This document shows positions 51,106 through 64,000 of a DNA stretch of 64,000 bases, piece by piece. Positions within the stretch are counted from its first letter, which is position 1. Every line of letters starts with the position of its first letter. Source of the stretch: Lingula anatina (Eukaryota > Animalia > Brachiopoda); NCBI GenBank assembly GCA_051362555.1, contig CM120641.1, positions 13,020,001-13,084,000 of the forward strand, read 5' to 3'. The translations under genes and the position numbers were made by a program. The notes below the pieces were generated by a model. It worked only from the letters and a program-made list of their open reading frames with translations, had not been told where the DNA came from and searched no databases.

Positions 51106-54100
51106 GACATTCTAAGCTGTGCCATACTTCATTACACCTCAGTATCCAGGCTGTCTGTTCCCAGTCAGATCCTACCCGTTACCTTGCAGAGTTCAAGAGG
51201 ACTACAAATGGGCCATGACAGTTTAAAAAGCAAATAAACCCAATTGCAGTCTTTCAAAACAAAGAAATGAACCTTAATGACATAAACTTTTCAAAATTTT
51301 ACATTTTAAAAGTGAAATTTTGAGGGTACATTACTACATGTTTGGTTTGCACTGGCCTGAGCACAAATAAAACAACATCTAAATTCACTTACAATCAATA
51401 ATGTATACTGTTTCAATGATTAAGGCATTGTGCAGGAGATTGTATAATCCTAAATGGTAAGAAAATACCAGATTCAGATCAAGACCAGTAATTCTTGCCA
51501 CAAGACATTAGGAAATAACTAGAAAAAAAACAAATAGACAAACAAAAAGAATCCTTATAACATTTTTTCTACGTGTGTATGAAAACCTGGGGCTATATCC
51601 AAAAGCACTAATTTCACTTCACCTGCCGAACAGCAGTTTAAATCTGTTTCCTATCTGATGGACTATTCATGGGAAATAAACAGAAGAAATCTAAAAAGTG
51701 TGCCAGGCAAAGGGCCGGCAATTTCAGCTATCTTGTTAGTAAGGAGGCTACCTGCCTATCTTGTCTTTCCACCTGCTGAAACTGTTCAGAACCACAAGGG
51801 TTGGATTTCATGGGAAAGTAGCAACCCCTGCTTCAACAAGTCAAGCATGTGCCCCATGTTATAATAACCGCAAGTACAAAGTGCCATCCTTCCACCTTTT
51901 CTTGCTCCAGTCCATGATTTGTTCTTCAGTTTTTTTTTTCATTTTATAAATATGCACATTCTGGGCATTAACACAAATGCTTTATAACCCTGCAGTAAGA
52001 TACAATTTCCTATATTCAGACAGGGATTTGTTTAAGGCTGGGATTGGGTGCACCTTGTTACACAAACCTGATTGGGGGAGAGATGCCTTGTCAATTACAT
52101 ACCTGATACTGATCAAAGTATATGCCTGCTCAGATTGATCACACTATAAGCTATGCTGTCAGGGTGTGATGCTGTCAATTTACCTTTATTTCCTCTCATT
52201 AAATGAGATTAAAAGATTGCCCTGCAGCAGTCATTCACCATATGCTTTGGCAGCTTCAGCACCTTTGGATTACCTTGCCGTCCTGTTCCTATACTTCACT
52301 CTTCTCATTTGCAATCACAAAAAAACAATGACAGCTACTTTTTTGGTATCTAGGAGCATCAGAAAAGACATCTGAGCAGAAACGTTTTCATGTTAACATA
52401 AATCATTTATTCACATCCATTAAAAGTGTCATTTATAATGAAAAAGAAAAAAATTACAACCAAAACAAAGACAATAAATCACATTTGAACATTTTCACTT
52501 TTCTAAAATTCCATTCCATAATTGAAGAACTAGTAAGAACCTGAGGACTGCTAAAGTGATCCAGCTTCTTAAATTGCAATCTCTCATTGGTTTTAATTTC
52601 ACTCCCTATATGGGAAGTCTTTTCCAAAGTAATCCAGATTTAAATCTGTACAGAGGAAACAAGCTGAAAACTAGAAGCCAATCATTTATCTGATTGAACT
52701 GTCAAAACAATTTTAGCAAGTATGCTAAAAGCTAGCGAGTTAAAGCTTCAAAATGAAGTTGCAGATTCCCTTAATGCACACATTAACCTGTCGTAGTTAG
52801 TTCTATGGATTATGCAACGTGTTGTAAGCACGAGTAATGCGTGTGGCAGGATAGCATGCACAGTATCATCTTCACAGTGTGTGCATGATTTTAAGTACAC
52901 ATTGACACACGCCTGCATGTGCACTTGGATGATAATTTTATCTGCTACCACCTAAAACAACACTGAAGTGTTAAATTGCACTGGCTAGACTGCTGAAGTT
53001 CTGAAGTTAGCATTTGACCAAACAATTTTTAAACTCAATTTCACACTTATATATTCCTGTAAACTGTACAGAAAATATTTATTAAAAAGCTATAAATGTA
53101 GAAATGTAATGACAAAATCCATGCCAATCTCAACTGAGAATGTATTATCACTAAAACAAAAATATCTCAACATTCCAGCAAACTACCTTTAGTTAGGATA
53201 ATTCTAAACCATGCTGGTGAGGTAAGCATTTTGTTTCTCTTGCTAGTTGCTACCACAGGTGGGTAAACATGCACCTTTGGTGGGGCAATAAGAATTCTTT
53301 TACAGGAGCCTTTTACAGAACTCTTACTTAGGCAATGATGATGGGTAGTTGTTTGGTTTTAGAGGTCTTTTTTTAAATAATTTTATCAAATTAAAAAAGT
53401 ATTGTAATTGGATGCAAGGGCATGTATATATATATATATATCATACATAAAAAGATATCACCACTCAGAAATCACTGCCTGGGTGCTTTTGTCCCGTTTC
53501 TTTCCTACTACCACCAGAGCAGACATCTTAACCACTGCTGTGGGTATTCCAATCTCAATATAAACCCCTGCAGATAAGAACTAATACAGTTATATATGAA
53601 GAAAAGAATAGTTCTGCCAGAAAGCCTGCATGTATAAGAAAATCCCTCTGTCAGACTTGTTTCTCTGTGATAAGGTGCTGGGAAGCAACCAAGTACAAAT
53701 AGCCCCACACCAACAGGATGATCTGAATGGCATTACTGATATCAATAACCTTTACTTTGAATGGTTGGGTTTACACAACAAAGACAAGATAAGGAGATTT
53801 TTTATGGAAAAGATCCAAGCCCAAAGAATATATATTGGCATCCATACTAGTCTATTGGGTATATATGTATATATAATGATATGCACCATAACTTAAAAAA
53901 GGTATACATACAGTATTTTTTTTATATTCTATGTCCATATTGTGGATACTCATTTGAGTAATTAATTCACCGAGTTCAAAATCACAAACTTGTGGCTCAA
54001 GATCACAAACAGCAATTATTGTTTTATGAGGCCTGAGAAAGAACTTGTTCACATATTTTCAAAATAATAAATATTAAATATAAATAGAATATCACTAAAA

Positions 54101-55980
54101 TCTGTGAGTAACAACCAAGTTATTAAGAATAAACATGACATAAATGTGTGAATAATCAGTCTGTTGTCTTGGCCAAGTTGAGAGACTGAGAGTGTGGTTG
54201 GAAGCAAAAATGATTAAAATTGCTGGATTATAAGAATCGAATCACAAAATTCACTTCATCAGATTCCCAGTGGTAATGCTTAGTCTTGATTCTAATACAA
54301 GATGAATGAATATTGAAATATTACCTAATGAAATGACAGTGAAGATTACATTTCTTCATTTCAGTAGTCTGGGTCCCAAGAGAAAAGGACAAATAATTAA
54401 CATTTCAGTCCAGAAGTGAATTCAATACCTATTACGTGTTATGGATTTTAAGCAGAATTTATTGAGATAATATCACCTGATCTTAGTTTTAATTAAGCTT
54501 TCAAGGCAAATTCCCATTCATTTTTAGTACAAATTGTCTCTAAGGAATTCCACTAGAGTATGAGGCTAGTGTGTCCAGCATCAATTACAAAATGAAACAT
54601 TTGTCACCAAGAAAACTGTGACAATGACACTAATTTCACACAGCCAGGGGTCAAAAGTCAAGCTTACTCCAACTAATGAGGCTCATCATTAATGAACGCC
54701 TTGGGAGAATAAAATACAAGAAGAGATAATGACAGTGACAAATGTTTTAATTAGTTCCTCTTCAACTTTACCAAAGTTGCCCTGCATAAGAAGTTGTAAT
54801 AATCTATCAGTACTGTACCAATTTAAATCTAAAAATTTAATCTTCATTAGGAATGAAACAATGCGGATATGCCACAGTACTTACAATTAGAAGTGTAAAG
54901 AAATAGTGAAGGAAGGTGCTTCACAAAAAAAGTATAAGAATTGTTCCAGAATATTAATCAATGTCCCAAGATATTCCATGAACTATTTGAGAAATGAGCC
55001 ATCATCTCAATGTCAAAGCAATATTCTATATTTTCTGCACCAAGATAGCTGGCCATTCATCAAGGAAATATACACAAACAATTCTACAGCCCACTTGCAC
55101 TAAGTGACTGTTAGCTATTGGGCTCTCAAGGGAATCTGATGGCCTTATTTTTTTCCAAGTAAAAGAGCAGTTTCCAAGCTGGGCTCCGCTGTACTACAAT
55201 AAACCACTCCTTTGATCTATGACAATTACAGATTTAATTAATCTTCCCATCCTACATTTGATGAACAGAACTGAGCCACATTATGCAAGATAATTATGAA
55301 AGCTATCATTCTATTTTCTAGCCTCCTGGGAAATTTACTGGTACAAAACCAGGACTCCAAAACAATGTAATAGAAAAATAACTCTTCCTAGTAATAAAGC
55401 TATGAAAATAAGGAGATGCATTGCATAACTCACTATTGGGTTGAAATTATGCAAGATTCTTTGAAAATCATTTTCACTAATGTCTGCCCTTGGGAATGGT
55501 GACAGCAGCATGACAGCAGCAGCAAGCTTTTGGGTACAGAAACCAAGCAGAGAGCCAAGAGCCAGAGTCCTGATCTGTGTATTGGGAAGACAATTTGTGC
55601 CATAAGGCATAGATAGTTGGAACGAAATGGAGGTGTCATTTTATGAAATTAAAAATATTTTAGTATCACTAGTAAAAACTACCAATCTGCATAGCACAGC
55701 TGTATGTTGTGGATCAAAAATACACATTTTCCAGAAATCCAGGTTTTTCATCTTATTTCGTCACCACCTGTAACTTTTTAGTCTATGATTTACCAGTAAT
55801 TCCTTTGCAGTTACATGTACTGTTAAATCCAAATCCTAATTAAGTTAATAACAATTAAACTAACGCAATTAGACAGCAAAGATGTGGCGCATTGTTACTA
55901 TCAGAGATTACTTTGTACATTCATAGTGCAAGTTATGTAGAAAAACACCAAATAATCTATTATGTCGGACCTAAACCTTA

Positions 55981-56203
55981 TACCCCCTTTACACTGGACG
56001 GCGTCCTTTCTGCGTCCTTTCTGCGACCATGAAATTTGGCATCGCTGTGGTCTTAATAAGGAGGCAGGAGCATTGGTTTTGTATCAGAATGAATGCTCAA
56101 TGATCGGCCAGTTGTCGGCACGTAAAGTATTATAATTTTTTAACTCTCAAATGGGGCCGTACTGCTGGACGCACAAAGGACGCCGTCCAGTGTAAAGGGG
56201 GCC
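55981..56203. mobile_element. PIF/Harbinger-like MITE
   Basis: TIRs CCCCCTTTACACTGGACGGCGTCCTTT...AAAGGACGCCGTCCAGTGTAAAGGGGG, flanked by TTA on both sides. Confidence 0.85.
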
Positions 56204-56779
56204 TTACTAACCCACTATTTTAGATTTTGACCTAGCAAGAGTAGACTTAACTTTTATATGGAATAAACTTTTTATATCTTAAGTTCTTTTTTAACAGTGC
56301 AGTATCAAATTTTAATTTTCTCTTGTCTGTGACTTCTTTTTTTTCTCGCTGACCTCCTCCCTTTCTTCTTACTAGAAGCATAGTTTTTTGGGTATCTTTA
56401 TCTCAATAAATAAACAAATAAACTAAAATTTCTGCAGGTACCCTGATGTCATATAATACAGTAGATACCGAGAGATACAGAGAGTGGATGTGTTTCCATT
56501 ACTTATAAATCTGTCATGAAAAATGATAGATGTCTGTCATGCTATAGAAGTCATATCTCTAATGGTTGTACAAGAAGCTTAAAAGTACATTCAGGAGTCT
56601 AATGGGTACCAAAATATTTCTTTTACAAGACCAATTTTGCTATCTGGTTCACTGATAGATCAGTACGTAAAAGATAGGAGAGGATGATTTTCAATAACTC
56701 TTTCAGTTAAAAAAAACTTGCAGACTTGTGAACGATAGTTTTAAAGAATACGAACTGATGTTATGTAAATGGTGTATAA

Positions 56780-57004
56780 GAGACCATTCCCACAGATATT
56801 TAAATCATTCTATCCCCCTGAGGAGTCTCATTAGATTGCTGTCAGCTAACCAGCTTAAATGTCTGTCCCACCTACTAAAAGCTGTAAGAGGGTAATTAAC
56901 TTTTGTTTGTGCTCGGCTCCCGGAAGCTGACAGCAATTTAGCGTGAACCCCCAGAAAGTTAGGTCGATCCAGATGGATCGATCTAAATCTGTGGGAACCC
57001 AGTC
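56780..57004. mobile_element. MITE family A copy 3
   Basis: TAA|GAGACCATTCCCACAGAT...ATCTGTGGGAACCCAGTC|TAA. Confidence 0.85.
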
Positions 57005-57007
57005 TAA

Positions 57008-57192
57008 GAGCACATTCAGAACAGAGGACTAACACATCTGCGGATCAAATATGACTGACCCACATGAATGCATGTTACGTAATCCCCGTCAAGAATCTAT
57101 TCAGTGTCTAATTGGGAATTAAGCAGCAAGCTTTTTAGTGGGTTGCCATATTTGATCTGTGGATCTGTTAGTTTGCTGTTCTGAATGCACTC
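57008..57192. mobile_element. MITE family B copy 2, abutting family A copy 3
   Basis: GAGCACATTCAGAACAG...TCAAATATG...CCCAC and GTGGGTTGCCATATTTGA...CTGTTCTGAATGCACTC, homologous to 48516-48690. Confidence 0.78.
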
Positions 57193-59188
57193 CAAGATCT
57201 CACTCTCCCCCCCCTCCCCCCCCCCCTCCACCAACACACATTTCCCAATCAACTGTTCTCCAGGTATGCACTGTTCTATCTTAACAGACACACCTTTAAA
57301 GGGTTTAAATTAATGCTATTTCCGACATTGTCTTAAAATCAATGTTGCTTGAAAAAAAGACAATATCCACTCAAGCATACCATTAGGAGATGCTATGTAA
57401 TCAAGAAAACCACAAAATACACAGTGTATGCACAAAGCATTATTAGCGGTATACTAGCATTACTTCTATTACAAGACCACACACAAAAGTGACAAAATAC
57501 AGGTAAATACAGAATGCCATACTCAGGAGTCTTTAACAGAATCAGTTTTCAATCATTCTGAAAACAGTATACCCTATGCTAAATATACTGATATTCTATA
57601 TACTTTTCTAAAGAAAAAATACTGTTTTTATCTTTTAAGCAAAATTTAAGTGAAATCCATATATATAAATAATTAGCCTTTAGGATCTAAAATATGAATT
57701 TTACTTCCCCATTTATTTCAAAGATATTTTGATAAATGATATAAGGACAGCACCCAGAACAAGTTGGAAGAGTATTACTGGAAGAGTCTGTAGACAGGAC
57801 TCCTCTAGCAAGCTGTGCCTTAAGGTGAGGTCTACATAAAGCACAAGTACACATAAAGGTCACTTGTAATTTGTAATTACATTTTTATAATTATAGGATG
57901 TGAAGCCAAATCACCATACCTTTCCCTAAAAAGTGAAACGTAACTGAACCAGGGGAATTTAGCAGCAGACCCGAACCATGTTTTCCAGGAATTTCTGAGT
58001 TTTAAAGCACCTGGGTTTTTTAGAGTCACCTGGCATCGGAAGGGTTAAATTTCCAGGTTTTCCTCCAGGGGTGCCAATGGCAACATGGCTAAGAAAACAA
58101 TACCCAAGAAAATCCATAATCACAGAAACAGCTGCAGCAGGTTAATGTATTGACATCCAGAGTAATTAACAAATTAAAGACATGAGAAAAATCAATGGAT
58201 GAGAAAAAGACAGGCTGTGCTTATCCCAGAACAGAACTTGAGAAGAAGACATTGTGTGGAATTAGAGTATAAAAGTGATCAATAATATCTGTCATATGAA
58301 ATTAAGATTGTACTACAATAGTGTAACTGTAAATTGTGTTGTAAATTATTTTCAAATGAACATCACAGAGTAAATTGTAAAATACCTCCCACAATGGTCT
58401 CCAAATCAGACCAACTTTGGCCACCTTCCCCAAATCACATTACAGTTGCCATAAAAAAAAAATTGGGTAGCCTATTCTGGCACATCTAAACAGATTTTCA
58501 ATACATTTTAGGTTGTTTACATGTTTTACTTTATTGTTAAAATAAAATTGTTCATCACATTTGAAGCAATAGATCCACATTTTAGTATAGTAATGTAGTG
58601 CTCACAAACCTAGTAAACTGCCAAGTTTCAAATTTTAGGCCAACAGCAATGAAAAGGTAAGTCATGTTTTCAAATTGGTAAGCATCCTGATAATCATAGT
58701 TTAGTGACGTCCATGATATCCTGGGAGTTCCAAGAAAAGAGCAATAATATAATTATACAAATTTATCCATTTAAAGATCTCCGGGATTATCTGTTTCAAA
58801 TTCTGAGTATTTCCTTAAGTGTTGCTAATTTGACAACAATAAATTGATTTCCACCTGCATACAAGCCAAGGGCATGTCAAGCCACTGTAAACTGCTGTCA
58901 AGTACTTGCCTTTCCGTCACAGGATACAGGAACCATGCTCTGCTCAATAACAACTAACATTAAGCGGAAATCCATTGGTAACAGGGGGAAATACTATCCA
59001 GTGTCATTTTCAATAAATGAAAGAAATTGAAAGGATAACAATTGTTTGTTTGGGTCAAAAATGGATTTTCTACGGGTAAACGACAATTTTCTCATCCTTA
59101 CCAATGGTAAATGAGTCCGTTCCAACATTCAAATTTAGTCCATGTTTTTTTTTTTCTAAAAAGTTTTTTTTTTGTAGTTATCTCTTAA

Positions 59189-59868
59189 GGGTACTGTCAA
59201 GAGACAAAAAAAAAAAAAATTACTGTTAAGCTCATTTTTGGATAATGGATAAATCTTCAGTGTTCACCAACTAAATTCCTAAGCATTTACACGTCATCTT
59301 ACTGATAAAGTTATTATTGCAAATTTGAGGTAAAAAATGCAAAATTAGTTTCTCAAATTTCTTCTCCATCTGATCACCCACAAACAGTTTCAATGCCAAT
59401 TTAAAGACACCACTAAGTATTTCAATACCCTGCCAGCAATTTTTCTTAAAAGCCTTGGTTCAGATTTTATCATTAATAAGGCAAAATAAAGCCTTTGTTC
59501 AATGATGCATTGTAAAAAGGGGCTCATAACTCCATATCAAAACATTTAGATCAAAATGATGGCACAAGATTGAAGCCCATACACTTGCTGTCAACTATGC
59601 CAATTTTCATGATAACATTTTATTAGGGATACACCTCATACCAATCACTATCTCACCTCAAAGTAAAAAGGTGATAAACTGACAATAAATGCTTCAAGGT
59701 GCCTATGCTGATACTTTGCAACGAAAAATATAAACACCGATGTTTCATAATTTCAAGGGGACTTATATTGTTTTTGATTAGCACAAAGGTAGAGGCATTA
59801 CTGAATAATTAGATGCAGGAAAAACTTCCTTTTTGGTATCTGGATGATCATTAACCCTTACAGTACCC
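59189..59868. mobile_element. Possible Kolobok-like non-autonomous element
   Basis: TTAA|GGGTACTGT ... ACAGTACCC|GTAA; only a 9-bp TIR and an imperfect TTAA site. Confidence 0.4.
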
Positions 59869-62765
59869 GTAAAAGATTATTACAGAAGGTGGCCATCTAT
59901 ACAGATCACATGGTCCAATGGTAAGTACAGATTCCAGAATAATTGTGATAACTGCTTTTTTGGTGGTAAAATAGAATTTATTTTATTTTTATGAGTTGTT
60001 TACAATGTATTTATTGTGAAATATGGATTACATACGAAGAATTGTTATCCCTTTAATAGGTTCAATTGCTTTCCTTCTTCCTATGCATCTCAAGGCAGTT
60101 TGTTTGTGGGTAGGGCACGCATACAGGTATTAAAAGAGAGCCATGGAAATTGGTATCAAAAAAGTCCAGAAATGTAATAGAAAACAATGTTTAATTCATT
60201 TTCCTGCAAATCACAAATAAGTATTAATTACTTCTAAAGATAATGCAAAATGAATACCATTCTTAGGCGTACTAAAGTGTTTTTATCATATGATTGAAAA
60301 AAGTTGAAACAAAAAATATTCTGTATTTATAATTTCACCTTAACACTGAAGAACATGCCCTCTTCAATTCACTAAATTTTCACCTTTCTGGAGCCAAAAT
60401 TCACAAATTAACAAATGATCCCCCTCTACCATAAAATGAAACCCTGCCAACATCTTGTCCACTTTCCCATTTAGGTGAAAAACAACAAATAAGACAGACA
60501 AGAAGAGTTACTTAACTGTGAGAAGTAATAGTCTCCTCTACAAATCTTGGTTGTGAATGAATAAGAACATTTAAGCAGACACTCGACCATCCCCTAATAG
60601 CTAACTAGTAACATGTAGAAGGAATCACTTCTCAAAAAACAAACAAGCTGCAGGGGCATATGTTTATTAACTCTGAGAGCCAACTTGTAACTTATAGATG
60701 TTTAGATTGTGAATGAAGAAGCCAACATTTCTCATTTATCTTCAAGGGGTTTGAAGCAACAACTCCTGGAGTTCAGTTGGTATAAGTCACAGTGGGCTCC
60801 CAGACACCAAGGAGATAAGGAGGATAGATTTAGCCTAGTCCCTCTGCTGGTGGGGAGCACCAAAGATACCAGCCTCTTTCGAACTTTTCTTGCTCCAGCA
60901 GAAGAAAAACAAACTTTGTAGATGAATAAGGTGCATTATGGCATTTCTAGGCGTTAACTTTATCTAGTATATTTGTTGGTGCTATTTGATAGTTTTAACA
61001 GTTCAATTTATATAATTTCCTGCATTATCACTATTGGAATTTTGATTTTTGATATCAATCAATAATTTCTTTACATTGTTTTACATGTGAATTACTAGTA
61101 CTTTACAGACATTTCAAACATCTCAAAACATACTGCTTTGCCTCTTTAATTTTGAATGTCTATGTACTGCAGTGCTTTTTAGACTTGTCTATTAATGAGA
61201 CTTTCCTAGGTATCATGTTGAACTTTCAGTAAGTCATAAAAACCTCTTCAAAAAAAGAAATCACATGAAAAAGTCATTCCCCAAAAAGGAAATGTAAAAT
61301 CAATGGGTACATTTTTTTCTCTTGATTCTATGAGAAGAAGATAGCATCCTTTTTTCAACTAGAAATGAGCACAGGCTGGGTTTAGAGTTCATTTAATATC
61401 AATCATGTCTTGCAGAGTGCATGTAATAGGTAAGTTTAGTCCATTAACAAGACTGTGCTTCAGAGACAAGTTTCCAGGCAGATGGTCCACTTCTCAGTTG
61501 TACCTTTAAACACCAAAGCATATCTAAAAAAAGATTTGGTAAATGTTTACTTGGAAAAACTAATGAAAATTGAAGGTAAAACATCAATATATTGCATCCA
61601 AACCTCTCAGCTATGTATAATCCAAATTTTACAGCCTTCTAATTATTCAACTCAATTTCAAATATTTCATTGTATAGAATTCCTATACTGTATCATGAAA
61701 AAGATAAAATACTACCTCTCAATACATTCAACATTTTAGCAATCTTTTTCAAATGGAACACCGGAAACACAGGACACACACAGACTTACACAAAAACAAG
61801 GAGAAACACTAAGTTATCATTCAGGAACTTGGTAATCTTCTGTTCCCAATGATAGGCAGCTTTAGATTTCCCACCATTGTGTAGGCTAAATGATAAAACA
61901 GCAAAGCATAATCTCAGTATTCCCAGTATCACAACACTGCAGACAGTTAAGACAGGATAATGGTCATGTTCACAACTGGACGAATTTACACAGGTTAAAA
62001 GTTTTATCATCAGATGGTCAGGTTGTATAGAGAAAGCCTCCAACCCCTCCACTTTGCTGATTCAAGTTAAGTCAGCCAAATCAGACAGCCTGCAGAGGTG
62101 GATGGTACTGAGAAGAGTCAACCCAATGATTGGAAATGGAACTAACAGCAGCAACCAAACACTTTAATTTTATTATCCTGATTTCATTCTCAAAAATTCC
62201 TGTGCGTGCAGACAGCACTTTCTTCTAATAATAATTCTGAAGATAATAAAAACATCTTTAAAAAATATTGCCTGATAGACTCCAGGGATAATCTATTTTT
62301 ACCTGCCACATGCCAGACTGTATACATTGACCTTTTCGCCATTTTGTGGTCACAAAAATTTTATTCTGTCTGAAACTGCATATCACATCAAAATTATGTA
62401 CCTTCTTTTCCAACAGAAAACTATTGTAAAAATCCAGACAAAAATACTCCAGGCCTAATTTTATTTTAAAAGAATCTGGCTAACAATGCATTTTTGGAAA
62501 CTCTGCTCTTTGTATAGGTATTTTTACCACTCGTGAGAAAAAAAAAACACTCACTTTACCCTTGGGATCCTCCATTGCCAGATCATTCAGTGAATTTTAA
62601 CCTTTCATATTTGAATGACAGCAAATACAAGTTGAATGAACCAAAAACTTTATCTATGATATATACCATGTTAAACACACTGATATGCTTTTAATATGAC
62701 CCTAGATAGGCACTAAATGGTTTCTTATTCTGTACTATGTAGGTTCATTTTTGCCAGACTTTATA

Positions 62766-62792
<27 letters not shown>
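62766..62792. repeat. (CT)n microsatellite
   Basis: Directly visible. Confidence 0.85.
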
Positions 62793-62801
<9 letters not shown>

Positions 62802-64000
62802 ATTTTACAGGTATCAGTTTGTCTTTTTAAAGCCAGACAAAATTGATAAAGCTGGTTAATGAGTGGTGACTTTGTAGACATTTATTTTTTAAACATGTTT
62901 AATGAACCTATCAGCTTAATTTCAAGGTTTGTCAGTGATCTTTTTTTTTTTTTTTTTTGGGGGGGGGGGGGGGGAAGGGTGTCATACCCACAGCTCAGGT
63001 GATTTTAGACAATATGGTTTTTCCTGGGATCGATCGCCAATTTTTTCAGTTGTCATCTCATGAAAGGGACAAATGCAAGTAAATTATTTGTTCTAATTAA
63101 TGGATTCTCAAGCTTCATTTTACTTTGATCAGAACTGTTTAACCTGTTTCCTTAAGAATGAGCCATTTTTGCTATCCCCATCCCATTCCTAACCCTGATT
63201 CTAGCCCTTTCACACCAACTGTAAACAATGTCATTATTCCTATAACATATATGTTACTCATAACATCATGTTGGTGCTATCACTGTTGTAATTGTCAAGG
63301 CATTTTGTCGTCAACTTTATTTCAATTCTACATATTCAGCTGAACACTGGTGCATATCAAACATACTCAAATTAAAGTTAAAAAGTGAAACCTATTTGCA
63401 TATCCCTTGCATGACAATAACAATGTTACCTCCTTATCAATGTTACTGTAAATATCAACATATTTCTGTGTTATCGTACTTCAAAATATGGCCATGAGAC
63501 TGGACATGCAGATAACCAGATGATAGCCACTATCTCACCACAGCAACCTGCACTCACTATCCTTTCTACCTCATCTGTTAATATATCAGCCTTGGCTGTG
63601 TACACACACTCACAGGCACCCAGACACCACAATGAACAGAACTCTGCCAAGGTTCACTAAACCCTAAATTAAAATCAGCCTGCTATTTGTTTTGCCTAAG
63701 TGACACCTTTGTTTTATTCTAAGTCAAAATGCTGTGTTCGTTTACAGTAAAAGTGTGATGCCCTTCAGCAATAATAGAGTACCTAAGTAAGGGCAAATGA
63801 TTTAATGTGAGTCGTTTTTTAAAGGGTATATTGGAACTAAGTAAAGGGAGATGTGAAAAAAAGTGAAACAGTTTCCAAGTAATGAAAACCCTAAACACCT
63901 GCCTGGAATTGCTTTCCTATTTAATTATGTCCCAGTTCATTGAAAACGAAGAAAGCCTATTGATTTCTGTCTAACGAGCTCTAACTGGATGAATAATTTA

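Larger units (their letters stand above)
38285..64000 (-). other. Large 5' intron of the Jagged gene (>25 kb, open at the right edge)
   Basis: Acceptor CTCAACAG at 38285; no exon encoding the missing N-terminal Jagged sequence and no other credible CDS found to the window end. Confidence 0.75.

Noticed and set aside
58030-58048. piggyBac-like end GGCATCGGAAGGG|TTAA
   Set aside because: No matching left terminus found upstream; could be chance or an isolated relic.

Overview
Eukaryotic, AT-rich, intron-containing animal DNA; an invertebrate, probably a lophotrochozoan such as a mollusc (inferred from gene structure and repeat types only). The first 15 kb is a compact housekeeping cluster of two head-to-head pairs: L2HGDH (-, first 6 coding exons, runs off the left edge) with SRBD1/Tex-like (+, 17 coding exons, ~810 aa), and a CEBPZOS-like microprotein (-, 3 exons, 85 aa) with mitochondrial ribosomal protein S12 (+, 2 coding exons, 213 aa). 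From 20276 to the right edge is a Jagged/Serrate Notch-ligand gene on the - strand: 22 coding exons (DSL, 16 EGF, VWC, TM, PDZ-type tail), with its 5' exons beyond 64000 after an intron of >25 kb. Introns and spacers hold many short non-autonomous DNA transposons (MITEs) and microsatellites. Exon chains were built by hand from splice sites and checked for phase. I found no wholly new protein-coding system. The best leads are an MRPS12 with a substituted decoding loop, duplicated N-terminal motif and candidate AUGA-overlap uORF; a short Tex-like SRBD1 needing a GC-AG intron; CSL/Su(H) sites in Jagged introns, including a MITE family whose ends carry them; and a miR-8/200 site in the Jagged 3'UTR.
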